This document shows, one piece after another, positions 10,814-21,079 of a stretch of 64,000 nt of DNA. The DNA is taken from positions 128,001-192,000 of the forward strand of contig CAVRCI010000004.1 of assembly GCA_963719495.1 (NCBI GenBank), written 5' to 3'. The notes below the pieces were generated by a model. That model was not told the origin of the DNA. It made no database searches and saw only the letters and a program-made list of their open reading frames with translations. The translations under genes and the position numbers were made by a program. The stretch's first letter is position 1. Every line of letters begins with the position of its first letter. Origin of the DNA: an uncultured Verrucomicrobiae bacterium (GTDB lineage: Bacteria > Verrucomicrobiota > Verrucomicrobiia > Chthoniobacterales > JAATET01).

Positions 10814-10999
10814 ATGGCAAAGACGCTCTGTGATTGGTCGAAGAAGGATATCGAGCGCGATTTCGTGAAGCTGTGCGAGATCGTGACACCGGCGAAATAC
10901 GTGTGCCGGAAATGCACTCGGAGCGCCGCGACCTCGAAGGTGCTCTGCAAACCCCGAAAAATCCCCGCGGAAACGAACGGAGTCGGCGGGACGAACTAG
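10814..10999 (+). CDS. Small Cys/Lys-rich hypothetical protein
   Basis: KTLCDW..YVCRKCTRSA....LCKP, with CxxC; fills the gap between dps and tRNA. Confidence 0.6.
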   Translation: MAKTLCDWSKKDIERDFVKLCEIVTPAKYVCRKCTRSAATSKVLCKPRKIPAETNGVGGTN

Positions 11000-11066
11000 C
11001 GCGTTGACAAACCGGGTGCCGCGAGGATTTTATTGACGATTCAAGTCGGCGGTTGCCGATTCGAAT

Positions 11067-11142
11067 GGTGGTCGTAGTTCAATGGTAGAGCCCCAGATTG
11101 TGATTCTGGTTGTTGCGGGTTCGAGTCCCGTCGATCACCCCA
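11067..11142 (+). tRNA. tRNA-His (GTG)
   Basis: G-1, acceptor GTGGTCG/CGATCAC, anticodon arm CCAGA-TTGTGAT-TCTGG, GGTTCGAGTCC T-arm, C73, encoded CCA. Confidence 0.97.
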
Positions 11143-11236
11143 TTTTTCCCGGATGTCCCGCGTCGTCACGAACATGGCGCGGGGACCGTTGCCGATCGAA
11201 CCGCGCCACGGGGCTCGGGGGAAATTTTCGGTCCCG

Positions 11237-11533
11237 TTAGCGGCGCCAGTGGTGGCGGCCGGCGCCAATGCTCACGCCAGCCGTGAACGAAAGGCTGGGG
11301 CGATAGCAAACCGGAGCGGGACGGTAGTAGACGGGCGCGGGGCGGTAATAGACGGGTGCCGGGCGGTAGACGCGGGGTTGGACGTAGACGACCCGGGGGG
11401 CGGGGCGGTAGTAGGTCGGAGCGCAGGTGGGACTGCTGTAGGAAGTGATGACCCGACGACCGCCGGCTTCGGCGGATGGGATGGTGAGGACCAGAGCGGC
11501 GAGGGAGAGTGTGAGCGCGAGGATGGTTTTCAT
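11237..11533 (-). CDS. Secreted Pro/Tyr-repeat (PXPV-like) small protein
   Basis: Signal peptide ending AEA; repeated YYRPAPV units. Confidence 0.7.
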   Translation of the reverse strand: MKTILALTLSLAALVLTIPSAEAGGRRVITSYSSPTCAPTYYRPAPRVVYVQPRVYRPAPVYYRPAPVYYRPAPVCYRPSLSFTAGVSIGAGRHHWRR

Positions 11534-11557
11534 GGTAGTGATGGGTTGTTGCATTCA

Positions 11558-12064
11558 ATGACGGACCGAACGACGAGTTATTCAATCTTTCGCTGGCTGG
11601 CTGTCGCGGTGGTTGGGGCGGTGCTGGGTTCCGGGTGTGCTTCGGTGAAATCGACGGCGATCCACTACGTCCCGACCACTTTGGACGTGTTCCCTCCGAA
11701 GTCGAAGGATTTTCCCATTCCGATCCTGGAGAAGGCCCCGGACCGGCGGTATCGCACGATCGGGAAATTCGCTTTCGAAACGGCGCTGGGCTACCGATTC
11801 GCGCGGGACGCGATCCTTTACAATGCCCGGCGGAACGGGGCGGATGCGGTGATCCTCAACAACGTGTCGGGTCGGCGGGAGCTGTTTTTGACTCGCGTGC
11901 CCGCGCGGGTGGATTACGTGCCGACGGTGGGTTACTACGGCGGGTATGGTTACGGAGGTTACGGGCGATACGCGTCTTATTATCCGATCTATCGACCGGG
12001 CTACGTGCGGGCGGATGAGGAGGTTGTGACTTCGGTGGATGCGGAGATGATTCGGGTGCGGTGA
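11558..12064 (+). CDS. Hypothetical lipoprotein
   Basis: Lipobox LGSGC; ARRNGADAVIL motif; Gly/Tyr-rich loop; start uncertain. Confidence 0.6.
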   Translation: MTDRTTSYSIFRWLAVAVVGAVLGSGCASVKSTAIHYVPTTLDVFPPKSKDFPIPILEKAPDRRYRTIGKFAFETALGYRFARDAILYNARRNGADAVILNNVSGRRELFLTRVPARVDYVPTVGYYGGYGYGGYGRYASYYPIYRPGYVRADEEVVTSVDAEMIRVR

Positions 12065-12213
12065 TGGGGGTGGGGATGACGGTTTTCGGAATATCGGGGC
12101 GTTATTGCGGGGCGACGGCTCGGCGGGAGCCTCGCCCTCCGAGTTGGATGCCTTCGGCGCTTGGTTCGTGAACTTCGTTCGATGACTGGGCGTTTTTGTG
12201 GTTTGGTGATCCG

Positions 12214-12882
12214 ATGAGTGAGCGGGTTCAGATCGATCGACCGGAGCGGGATGGGAAGGTGCTGCTTCATTCCTGCTGCGCGCCTTGTTCGGGGGAGGTG
12301 ATGGAGGCGATGGCGGACGCGGGCGTGGAGTATTCGATCTTCTTCTACAATCCGAACATTCACCCGCGGCGCGAATACGAGCTGCGAAAGGAGGAGAACG
12401 TGCGGTTCGCGGAGAAGGAGGGGATCGAGTTCGTGGACGCGGATTACGACACGGACAATTGGTTCGCGCGAATCAAGGGGATGGAATGGGAGCCGGAGCG
12501 GGGGGCGAGGTGCACGGCGTGTTTCGACATGCGGTTCGAGCGGACGGCGCTGTATGCGCACGAGCATGGGTTTCCGATCATCACGAGTTGTCTCGGGATC
12601 TCGCGGTGGAAGAACATGGCGCAGATCAACGACTGCGGGGAGCGGGCGGCGGGTCGCTACGAGGGGATGAGCTACTGGACCTACAACTGGCGGAAAAAGG
12701 GCGGGGCTTCGCGGATGATCGAGATCTCGAAGCGGGAAGAATTTTATCAGCAGGAATATTGCGGGTGCATTTACTCGCTGCGGGACACGAACAAGTGGCG
12801 GACGGATCAGGGTCGGGGGAAGATCAAGATCGGGGTGCAGTATTACGGGACGGCGACCGAGGGGGGTGGGGGCTGCGCGTGA
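12214..12882 (+). CDS. queH: Epoxyqueuosine reductase QueH (DUF208)
   Basis: [41 protein letters not shown]. Confidence 0.93.
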   Translation: MSERVQIDRPERDGKVLLHSCCAPCSGEVMEAMADAGVEYSIFFYNPNIHPRREYELRKEENVRFAEKEGIEFVDADYDTDNWFARIKGMEWEPERGARCTACFDMRFERTALYAHEHGFPIITSCLGISRWKNMAQINDCGERAAGRYEGMSYWTYNWRKKGGASRMIEISKREEFYQQEYCGCIYSLRDTNKWRTDQGRGKIKIGVQYYGTATEGGGGCA

Positions 12883-12928
12883 CTGGTGAATAGTGAATAG
12901 TGATTGGTGGGTGATGGTTGGCGGCGGG

Positions 12929-13981
12929 TTAGCGGCGGTTGAAGGGTTTGGGGTCGTTGGTCGGTGTTTTCGACTGCGGTTGAGTTGGGGGTTCGGACTT
13001 TGCTTTCGTGGCCTTGGTTTCGGCTCTTTTCCACGCGGACCAGCTTTGGCGGAAGGTTGGGGCGGTTGATTGGCTGTAGCGGTAGAAGTCTTGGAGGAAT
13101 TGGCGGCGGGCTCGTTTTCCGGCGGCTCGGGTTGGGTTGGAGTCGGAGGTGTCGCGGAGGTCGGTGCCGCCGAGGCGGTGTTGGCGTTCGATGATGGTGG
13201 CGGCGGTGAGGGTGCGGGCGTTGGCCATGAGGTCGACGAGGGTCATGAAGGTGGTGGTTCGGCCGAGGCCGGAATCGCAGTGGAGGTGGAGCCAGGTGGC
13301 GGGGTCGCGGTCGGCGATGAAGCGGACGAAATCGTCGACGATGGCGTCGGGCGGGGCGGTGAAGTCGGTGACGTTGAAGCGGCGGTATCCCCAGGTGACG
13401 TGGCGAACGAATTTTTCTTCGGTGGAGGTCTCGCGGACGTTGATGCGGAGGGTGATGGGCTCCCAGGTGGCGGGGTTGACGTAGCCGTCGAGGGCGAAGG
13501 CGGTGGCGGTGATCGTGCCGGCGGATCGGGCGGCGGCAAGCCAACGTTTTTCGAGGGTGGATGATTTCTCGGCGGGGAGCTGGTCGGGCGGGCCCCAGGA
13601 GAGGGCCATGTTGTTGATGAAGGCGTGGGGCTCGGCTCGGAGGTCGACGACGGTGACCTGGCGGTCGGGGGTGAGGGTTTCCTGAAGGAACCAGAATTGG
13701 TTCTGGCAGAATTGGCCGCTGCCGGACATCCGGAGGCGGGCGAGGCCTTCGAGGAGGAGGGGGGCGCCGTCGGGCAGGGGGCGGGTCGAGATTTTGTCGA
13801 AGGTCGAACGGGAGTTGAAGGGGAGTTCGCGGGGGGACTCGATGTCGATGACGAGGAGGTCGGGGAGCGGGAAGGGGTAGTCGGGTTGGGTGAGGACGAG
13901 TTGGACGTTTTCCGGAGGTGGCTCGGGTGGGGTGAGCCACGGGAGGGCGGCTAGGAGGGCGATGATCGCAGGGAAAGGCAC
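12929..13981 (-). CDS. Protein-tyrosine-phosphatase-like phytase / inositol phosphatase, secreted
   Basis: SGSGQF, VDLRAEPHAFIN, WLHLHCDSGLGRTTTFM (Cx5R P-loop). Confidence 0.82.
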   Translation of the reverse strand: MPFPAIIALLAALPWLTPPEPPPENVQLVLTQPDYPFPLPDLLVIDIESPRELPFNSRSTFDKISTRPLPDGAPLLLEGLARLRMSGSGQFCQNQFWFLQETLTPDRQVTVVDLRAEPHAFINNMALSWGPPDQLPAEKSSTLEKRWLAAARSAGTITATAFALDGYVNPATWEPITLRINVRETSTEEKFVRHVTWGYRRFNVTDFTAPPDAIVDDFVRFIADRDPATWLHLHCDSGLGRTTTFMTLVDLMANARTLTAATIIERQHRLGGTDLRDTSDSNPTRAAGKRARRQFLQDFYRYSQSTAPTFRQSWSAWKRAETKATKAKSEPPTQPQSKTPTNDPKPFNRR

Positions 13982-14145
13982 GCGCTCTTTCTAACAACTC
14001 TTTTTCGTAACTTTAACCTTTGTCTTCGTGGGTCCTCGAGCGGGCGGGATGGAGTGAGTTGGCGGCTTCGCCGATTGGTGACGAGGTTCCGAGCTGGAAG
14101 CTCGGAACGGCGACCTGGAAGGTCGCGGTCCCCTCCTGGCTGGCG

Positions 14146-14997
14146 CTAGGCTGATTCGGCGAGGGCGGCGTGGTCGATGGTGCGGAGGCGGGTCTGGTGG
14201 GAGCCCAAGCGGGGGATGCACTCGATGAGGGCTTTCGTGTAGGGGTGCTGGGAGTTTTCGAGGATCTGTTCCGTTGGGCCGTGCTCGACGATTTTGCCGC
14301 GGAACATGACGGCGACCTTGTCGCAGAGGCCGCGGATGATGGCGAAGTTGTGCGTGATGAGGATGATGGACATTCCGAGCTGGGTGCGGAGGCCGCGGAG
14401 TTCCTCGAGGATCTGGGCCTGGATGGTGACGTCGAGGGCGGTGGTGGGCTCGTCGGCGACGAGGAGCTTGGGGCGGCAGCTTAGGGCCATGGCGATCATG
14501 GCGCGTTGCTGCATGCCGCCGCTGAGCTGGTGCGGGTAGTCGTTCATTCGCTTGGCGGCGTCGACGATGCCGACGGCGTCGAGCCAGTGGATGATCTCCT
14601 TGTCGACGTCCTTGACGTCGGGACGGTGGATGCGGATGGCCTCGGCGATCTGCGAGCGGATGGAGAAGACGGGGTTGAGGGAGCTGGAGGGCTCCTGGAA
14701 AATATAGGCGATCTCGCCGCCGCGGATGCGGCGGAGTTCGGCGGTAGGCATCTCGAGAACGTTGCGGCCGCGCCAGAGGATGGAGCCGGTCGGGTAGCTG
14801 ACGGGTGGTTGGGGGAGGAGGCGGGTGAGCGCGAGGGCGGTGACGCTTTTGCCGGAGCCGGATTCGCCGACGATGGCGAGGGTCTCGCCGGTGCCGACCT
14901 TGAAGGACGAGTTGACGACGGCGTCGGTGCGTCCGCGGTCGGTGTCGAACGAGATGGAGAGGTCGCGGACTTCGAGGAGCGGAGGTTGGTCGGGCAT
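14146..14997 (-). CDS. Dipeptide/oligopeptide ABC transporter ATP-binding subunit (DppD/OppD)
   Basis: [41 protein letters not shown]. Confidence 0.92.
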   Translation of the reverse strand: MPDQPPLLEVRDLSISFDTDRGRTDAVVNSSFKVGTGETLAIVGESGSGKSVTALALTRLLPQPPVSYPTGSILWRGRNVLEMPTAELRRIRGGEIAYIFQEPSSSLNPVFSIRSQIAEAIRIHRPDVKDVDKEIIHWLDAVGIVDAAKRMNDYPHQLSGGMQQRAMIAMALSCRPKLLVADEPTTALDVTIQAQILEELRGLRTQLGMSIILITHNFAIIRGLCDKVAVMFRGKIVEHGPTEQILENSQHPYTKALIECIPRLGSHQTRLRTIDHAALAESA

Positions 14998-15100
14998 GGG
15001 CTGCGGTGAGGAGATTTGAACAGAAGGTCGCGAAGGTCGCAAAGAATTAGGGGGGCGGGGTGAATTTGACTTGATGGAAGAAAGTCATTAGACCGACGAA

Positions 15101-16666
15101 ATGAAGGCTTCCCCCCTCGTTCGCTTCTGCGCGCTTGCGCTCGGCTGGTTGGTTTGTCTGTCCGCGGGTCGGGCGGCGGACGCTCCCGTGAAGGTGGAGG
15201 TGACGGTGTTTCGGATCGATGCGGCGGAAGCGCCCGAGTGGGTGAAAGCCGCTGAAGAAGCCGGGCTGATCGGCGTGTTCGATCCCGAGAAGAGCGCGGC
15301 AATGCGGCGGGATCTCGAGCGGGTTGATTCGTTGGTCGAGACCAGGTTCGGAGCAATGGTGCGGAGCGGGCAGCGTGCGAAGCTCGATGCCGTCCGAGGA
15401 TTTCCCGTTCCGACGGAATTTGAGAAGGGCGGTCGGGTGCCGCTCCGCTTCGAGCGACAAGACGTGGGACTCGCCTTGGAAGTCACCCCGAAGTTGATCG
15501 ACGACAAGTTGGATCTCAAGTTCGCGATGTCCTCGGTTCGGTTGATCGGATTTCCGGTGACGGGGCGGATCTGGCAGCCGTCGTTCTCGAATTTGAGTCT
15601 CGAAACGTCGGTTTCGCTCTCCGCAGGCCAGAGCGTCATGTTGCGCCTCGGGAGCGAGAATGACACGGGTGACCGGGTGACCACGCTGGCGATGGTCTCG
15701 GCGGAGATCCTTGCGACTGACGCGGGCGATGGCGGGACGGCGGCGAGTCAGGTCGAGATCGAAGGTCGAATGATCGAGGTCTCGGAAGAGGCCTCGGAAG
15801 CGCTCGAGGCCCTGCGGGCGGTGGTGAATCGGACGTTGAAGGCGGAGGAGTTCGAAGCCTTGATCAGAACTTTGAACCGCGGGAAGGGGATCGAGATGCT
15901 GTCGACTCCGAAGGTGACGACGAAGGTCGATCAGAGGGCGACCATCAATCTGGTCCGCGAATTTCGGTATCCGACGGCGTTCGATCCGGCGGAGGGCGGG
16001 ACGTCGCCGACGCCCAACCAATTTGCTACCGAAAACACGGGAGTGACGCTCGAGGTCGAGCCGAAGATGGCCGAGGGCGGGGCGGAGATCGATCTGATGC
16101 TGGACGCCCGGGTCGTGGATTTCGATGGGTTCATCAATTATGCCGCCGAAATGCCGCCGACGTGGAGCGGGGACGGGGCGGTCAAGAATGCCGACGCAGC
16201 GGCGGCGGTCGTGATCAATCAGCCGATCTTCGGGGTGCGGCGAGCGGCTACCCGCGTTTCGGTCGCATCGGGCGACACGATTGTGCTGGGGGGCGTTGCC
16301 CGCCGGGATGAGCAGACGATCGAATCGGGGCCACCGGGGAATCGGATCAAGGAGGCGGTCGAAATCACAAAGACGCTGTTCGTTTTCGTGACGCCCCGGT
16401 GGGTCGATTCGGAGGGTAAGGTGGTCTCGGATCGCGCGGCTCGGGTGCTCGCGGGAGACCCGACGCCGTCCCTAATTTTCGAGCAGCGGGAGGGGATGGC
16501 ACCGCGGGCGGAGGATGGGATGCCTTACGGATCGCCGGTCACCGGGAAGCCGGGCTTCGTCACGAGTCCGCACGCGCCGGAATCGGGTTACGTCGATTTG
16601 CGCGGGTTTCCGCCAGATACCGAGGTGAAGTGCCCGTATTCCGGGAGATTGTTCCTGGTTCCCTGA
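15101..16666 (+). CDS. Secretin-like (Amuc_1098-type) outer-membrane protein with a C-terminal PxPGKPG..SP..CPY domain
   Basis: STPKVTT, REFRYPTAF, ENTGVTLEVEP, DFDGFINY, QPIFGVRR, LFVFVTP. Confidence 0.7.
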   Translation: MKASPLVRFCALALGWLVCLSAGRAADAPVKVEVTVFRIDAAEAPEWVKAAEEAGLIGVFDPEKSAAMRRDLERVDSLVETRFGAMVRSGQRAKLDAVRGFPVPTEFEKGGRVPLRFERQDVGLALEVTPKLIDDKLDLKFAMSSVRLIGFPVTGRIWQPSFSNLSLETSVSLSAGQSVMLRLGSENDTGDRVTTLAMVSAEILATDAGDGGTAASQVEIEGRMIEVSEEASEALEALRAVVNRTLKAEEFEALIRTLNRGKGIEMLSTPKVTTKVDQRATINLVREFRYPTAFDPAEGGTSPTPNQFATENTGVTLEVEPKMAEGGAEIDLMLDARVVDFDGFINYAAEMPPTWSGDGAVKNADAAAAVVINQPIFGVRRAATRVSVASGDTIVLGGVARRDEQTIESGPPGNRIKEAVEITKTLFVFVTPRWVDSEGKVVSDRAARVLAGDPTPSLIFEQREGMAPRAEDGMPYGSPVTGKPGFVTSPHAPESGYVDLRGFPPDTEVKCPYSGRLFLVP

Positions 16667-16681
16667 GGGCGCCGACGGGGT

Positions 16682-17728
16682 CTAGTCCTCGGCCAGGAGG
16701 GGGGCGAGGACCTTGATAGTTTTGTGGTAGAGGGGATGGACACCGCCTCGGCCGAGTTCCATGAGGAGGGTGTCCTGGATGCTGTCACGGCCGGCGGGGA
16801 GGCGGATGGAGACGGAGTCGTGGCCGGTGGATTCGATGTGGGCGTGGAAGAATTCGGCGTCGGGTTCGCGGGTGATGGCGATGCGGGCGTCGTCGGCGGT
16901 GAAGGCGCATTCGGAGATCGTGGCTCCCTCGGCTTCGCGGAGTTCGAAGGTGATTTCGCCTCGGTCGGGGGCGCGGAACGTGTGGCGGGAGAGGACGGAG
17001 TCGAGCTGCCAGCCGAGTTGGGCGGCGAGCCAGCCGAGGAGGAGGTGCGCGGTGGTGCTGGAGCCGGGGGCGTGGGTGATCGCGACGGAACGGATTTTGC
17101 GCAGCGAACGGAGGGCATTCGCGTGGTCGAAGACGTTGGCGAGGGCGAAGCGGAGGGAGAGAAGGCGGGCCCAATTGAGGTCGCAGAGGGTGGCGCGGGA
17201 GTCGGCGAGGGCGGCGATTTTTTGGACGAGGGCGAGTTGTTGGCCGGGGCGTTCCCAGGTACGGCTGTCGAAAATGAGGCGGTCGACCCAGGTCCAGAGC
17301 TGCGGGTCGATGGGTTCGGAGAAGGGGGCCTGCCACCAGAAGCAGAGGGGGAGGTCGGAATCGAGGTGGGAGAAGACGACGTTGGGGAGCGAGTCGGAGA
17401 CGGCACCGTCGAGCTGGAAGGTGATCTGCTCGGAGCAGACCTGGGTCTGGCCCTTGCCAGCGAGGTGGCAGTGGGCGTCGATCCAGGCGTGGGCGGCGTC
17501 GGTCTCGGCGGCGCGGTTGGCGAAGACGAGGAGGGATCGGCAGGCGCACTGGGTGGCGAGCTGCGAGATGAGGGCGGTATTGGGGCCGATGGTGTCGGCG
17601 GACTCGGTGTAGATCGCGAGGTTGATGAGGGAGGCGCGGGATTTGGCGTCGCCGCTGTCTTCCCAGAGCTTCGCGAGTTCTTTTTCGATGCGACCGATTT
17701 CGACGGGGAGGCCAGGGCTAAAGTTCAT
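16682..17728 (-). CDS. opcA: Glucose-6-phosphate dehydrogenase assembly protein
   Basis: CSEQITF, DLPLCFWW, DRLIFDS, DLNWARL; directly downstream of zwf. Confidence 0.85.
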   Translation of the reverse strand: MNFSPGLPVEIGRIEKELAKLWEDSGDAKSRASLINLAIYTESADTIGPNTALISQLATQCACRSLLVFANRAAETDAAHAWIDAHCHLAGKGQTQVCSEQITFQLDGAVSDSLPNVVFSHLDSDLPLCFWWQAPFSEPIDPQLWTWVDRLIFDSRTWERPGQQLALVQKIAALADSRATLCDLNWARLLSLRFALANVFDHANALRSLRKIRSVAITHAPGSSTTAHLLLGWLAAQLGWQLDSVLSRHTFRAPDRGEITFELREAEGATISECAFTADDARIAITREPDAEFFHAHIESTGHDSVSIRLPAGRDSIQDTLLMELGRGGVHPLYHKTIKVLAPLLAED

Positions 17729-17730
17729 GG

Positions 17731-17855
17731 GAATTAGAAATTTGAAATGATGAATTAGAAATGGCCAGCCCTTCGGGAAATGTGGAAACGGCGGCAGGAG
17801 CCCGGCTTTTCTAGGTGGCTCCATTTCTCATTTCTCATTTCAAATTTCCCATTTC
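17731..17855. repeat. Inverted pair of (GAAATNN)n heptamer arms around a 56-nt spacer
   Basis: Left arm 17731-17764 is the near reverse complement of right arm 17821-17855. Confidence 0.85.
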
Positions 17856-17861
17856 GACTCG

Positions 17862-19412
17862 CTAGAGTCGTCGCCAGGTGGCTCCGGCTCTTTTGATGAG
17901 GTCGTCGGCTTCCGTTGGGCCCCAGCTTCCGGCGCTGTAGAAGGCGAGTTTGTCGTGGCCGTCTTCCCAGCCTTGGCGGATGGCGTCGACGATCTTCCAG
18001 GCTTCTTCGACCTCGTCGCGGCGGGCGAAGAGAGTGGCGTCGCCGGCCATGGCGTCGAGGAGGAGGCGTTCGTAGGCCTCGGGGGTGGCGCGGCCGAAGG
18101 AGGTGCCGTAGTGGAAATCCATTTTCACTGGCTCGACGCGGAGGCTGGAGCCGGGGAGTTTGGCGGACATGCGCAGGGAGACGCCTTCGTCGGGCTGGAT
18201 GCGGATGACGAGGACGTTATCCGCGAGTGGCGTTTCTTCGGCTTTGCTTTGATTGAAGAGAATGGGTGGCGCGCTCTTGAAGTGGAGGGCGATCTCGGTG
18301 CCGCCTTTGGGGAGACGTTTGCCGACCCGGACGAAGAACGGGACGCCGGCCCAGCGCCAGTTGTCGACGTTGATCTCGAGGGCGACGTAGGTCTCGGTCT
18401 CGGATTCTGGTGGGATGTTTTCTTCGTCGCGGTAGGCGGCGACGCGTTTGCCGTCGATGGAACCGGAGGAGTATTGGGCGCGGACGACGTATTTGCCGAC
18501 GTCGGGGCCGGCGATCTTCCGAATGGAGCGGATGACTTTGACTTTCTCGTCGCGAATGGCGTCGGCGGTGAGGTCGGCGGGCGGCTCCATCGCCGTGAGG
18601 CAGAGGAGCTGGAGCAGGTGGTTTTGCACCATGTCGCGGATGGCGCCGGATTTGTCGTAGTAGCCGGCGCGGCCTTCGACGCCGAGGGGCTCGCTGGCGG
18701 TGATCTGGACGTGGTCGACGTAGCGGGAGTTCCAGAGGTGCTCGAAGATCGCGTTGGCGAAGCGGAGAACCATGATGTTCTGCGCGGTCTCTTTGCCGAG
18801 GTAATGGTCGATGCGGTAGGTGTCTTTTTCCTGGAAGGCTCCGTCGACGAGGTCGTTGAGTTCGACGGCGGTGGGGAGATCGACGCCGAAGGGTTTCTCG
18901 ACGATCACGCGGGACCAACTGCCTTCGCGGGCGTGGTTGAGTCCGCTCTTGCTGAGGTTTTCGAGGATGATCCCGAATTGGTCGGGTCCGGCGGCAAGGT
19001 AGAAGAGGCGGTTGCCGCGGGTGCCGCGCTGCTCGTCGATTTCGTCGAGGCGCTTGGCGAGGGATTCGTAGCCTTCGAGGTTGTCGAAGGGGCTGCGGTG
19101 GTAGCTGATGGACTCGGCGAAGGAGGTCCAGAGGTCGTCGTTGATCTTCTGGCGGGAGTGTTTGCGGGCGGCTTCCTCGAGTTCCGTGCGGAAGATTTCG
19201 TCGGTCTTGTCGCGGCGGGCGAAGCCGACGACGGCGATGGCGGGCGGGAGGTTGCCGTCGGCGGCGAGGTTGTAGAGGGCGGGGACGAGTTTGCGGTGGG
19301 TGAGGTCACCGGTGGCACCGAAGATGACGAGCGTGCAGGGGTCGGGCATCGAGCGGCTGAGGAGTCCTTCGCGAAGTGGGTTGGTCGGTGATTCGTCGGT
19401 CGGTGCGGCCAT
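17862..19412 (-). CDS. zwf: Glucose-6-phosphate 1-dehydrogenase
   Basis: GATGDL..RKL.PAL, RIDHYLGKE, RDMVQNHLLQ, EAYERLL. Confidence 0.97.
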   Translation of the reverse strand: MAAPTDESPTNPLREGLLSRSMPDPCTLVIFGATGDLTHRKLVPALYNLAADGNLPPAIAVVGFARRDKTDEIFRTELEEAARKHSRQKINDDLWTSFAESISYHRSPFDNLEGYESLAKRLDEIDEQRGTRGNRLFYLAAGPDQFGIILENLSKSGLNHAREGSWSRVIVEKPFGVDLPTAVELNDLVDGAFQEKDTYRIDHYLGKETAQNIMVLRFANAIFEHLWNSRYVDHVQITASEPLGVEGRAGYYDKSGAIRDMVQNHLLQLLCLTAMEPPADLTADAIRDEKVKVIRSIRKIAGPDVGKYVVRAQYSSGSIDGKRVAAYRDEENIPPESETETYVALEINVDNWRWAGVPFFVRVGKRLPKGGTEIALHFKSAPPILFNQSKAEETPLADNVLVIRIQPDEGVSLRMSAKLPGSSLRVEPVKMDFHYGTSFGRATPEAYERLLLDAMAGDATLFARRDEVEEAWKIVDAIRQGWEDGHDKLAFYSAGSWGPTEADDLIKRAGATWRRL

Positions 19413-19616
19413 GTTGATTAGTGAAAAGAGTTTGGGCAGGATTGACAGGATTTAGAGGATTTTTTTGCCGGGGGGGGATTCCGAGGCTTGGGCTTTGGGT
19501 TGGTTCGGCAGCCGGAGAGGGGTGGGGCCGATTGGAAACGTCCGCTCCCGCGGGGGGGGGCGGTCGGTTCGATTGGTGGCTTGTGGAGTTGGGTGGGGCG
19601 AAATACTTTGCGCCCG

Positions 19617-20408
19617 ATGAAGATTGCGTTTTTGGGGGCGGGGAAGATGGCGACGGCGCTGGCTCGTGGGTTGGTGGACGCGGAGGTTTGCGCGGCGAAG
19701 GAGATCGCCGTGGCGGACGCGAGTCAGGTGGCTCGGAGCGCGCTCGCATCTCAGCTGGGTGTGAAGGCGGCGGAGTCGAACGCGGTGGCGGTCGAGGCGG
19801 CGGATGCGGTGATTCTGTGCGTGAAGCCGGGCGACGCCGGGGTGGCGATCGAACAATGCGGTGAGGCGCTCGCGGGGAAGTTGCTCGTTTCGATCGCGGC
19901 GGGGTTGACGCTGGAGGCGTTGCGGGAGTTGGCGGGCGAGGGGGTTCGGCTGGTTCGGGCGATGCCGAACACGGCGGCTCAGGTCGGTCGGAGCGCGACG
20001 GCGTTCTCGGCGGGTCCGGGCGTGACGGACGCTGATCTGACTCTGACGAAGAAGATTTTTGGCGCGGTCGGATTGGCGCTTTCGGTGCCGGAGTCGCAGC
20101 TGGACGCGGTGACGGGCTTGAGCGGGAGCGGGCCGGCTTACGTGTATCTGGTGATCGAGGCGTTGGCCGATGGGGGTGTCGCGGCGGGGTTGCCCCGGGC
20201 GCTGGCGGCGCAGCTCGCGGTGCAGACGGTGCTGGGCGCGGCGGCGATGGTGGCGGAGACGAAGGAGCATCCGGCGGTGTTGCGCGAGGCGGTGACGAGT
20301 CCGGGCGGGACGACGGCGGCGGCGCTGCGGGTGCTGGAGTCGGCGGCGGTGCGGTCGGCTTTCGTCGAAGCGGTGGGCGCGGCGACCGAGAAGGCGAGGG
20401 ATTTATGA
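19617..20408 (+). CDS. proC: Pyrroline-5-carboxylate reductase
   Basis: GAGKMA, RAMPNT, TGLSGSGPAY, VTSPGGTT. Confidence 0.95.
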   Translation: MKIAFLGAGKMATALARGLVDAEVCAAKEIAVADASQVARSALASQLGVKAAESNAVAVEAADAVILCVKPGDAGVAIEQCGEALAGKLLVSIAAGLTLEALRELAGEGVRLVRAMPNTAAQVGRSATAFSAGPGVTDADLTLTKKIFGAVGLALSVPESQLDAVTGLSGSGPAYVYLVIEALADGGVAAGLPRALAAQLAVQTVLGAAAMVAETKEHPAVLREAVTSPGGTTAAALRVLESAAVRSAFVEAVGAATEKARDL

Positions 20409-21067
20409 TTTATGATTTACGATTGATGATTTGTGCGGTGGCGGTGGTGCCGGTGTGGGTCGCGGTGGCGGAGCCGAACGCGGATACGTTCGTTCCGACG
20501 GTGGCACGGGCGGCGGCGGCCGAGGGGAACGAGGCGTTTGCCCGGGGGGATTACGACGCGGCGCGCGAGGCCTACAAGAAGGTGATCGAGCTGGCTCCGA
20601 ACAACGTGGTCGGGTCGGTGAATCTCGGGGTGGTCGAGTATCGGGCGGGGAACCTGGCGGACGCGGAGACGATCCTGATGAACGTCGTGCAGCAGCGGCT
20701 GAAGACGGGGGCGGCTTGGCTGACGCTGGGGATCATGTTTTACGAGAACAAGCGGATCGACGAGGCGTTGGCGGCGCTGGCGCAGGCGACGCTTTACGAC
20801 GCCTCGAACGCGCGGGCCCACAACTATTATGGCGTTGCGCTGGGCGTGAAGGGCTGGAAGGACGGCGCGGAGGATGAGTTGCGGCGGGCGGTGGAGCTGG
20901 ATCCGGAATACCGGGACGCGCACTACAATCTGGCTCTGCTTTACCTGGATCGGCGGCCGCCTTCGGTCGAGCTGGCGAAGCGGCATTACTACCGCTCGGT
21001 GGAGCTGGGGGCACCGCGGGATCTGGTTTTGGAGAAAAATCTTAAAGTCACCGTGGGTGACCGCTAA
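20405..21067 (+). CDS. TPR-repeat exported protein
   Basis: Several TPR units (AYKKVIELAP, AHNYYGVAL, AHYNLALLY); the ATG lies inside an ATTTATG array. Confidence 0.85.
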   Translation: MIYDLRLMICAVAVVPVWVAVAEPNADTFVPTVARAAAAEGNEAFARGDYDAAREAYKKVIELAPNNVVGSVNLGVVEYRAGNLADAETILMNVVQQRLKTGAAWLTLGIMFYENKRIDEALAALAQATLYDASNARAHNYYGVALGVKGWKDGAEDELRRAVELDPEYRDAHYNLALLYLDRRPPSVELAKRHYYRSVELGAPRDLVLEKNLKVTVGDR

Positions 21068-21079
21068 CGTCCTCGCACC

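Noticed and set aside
11067..11142. tRNA-His as an integration site for an island or prophage
   Set aside because: No integrase and no duplicated tRNA 3' end seen in the window
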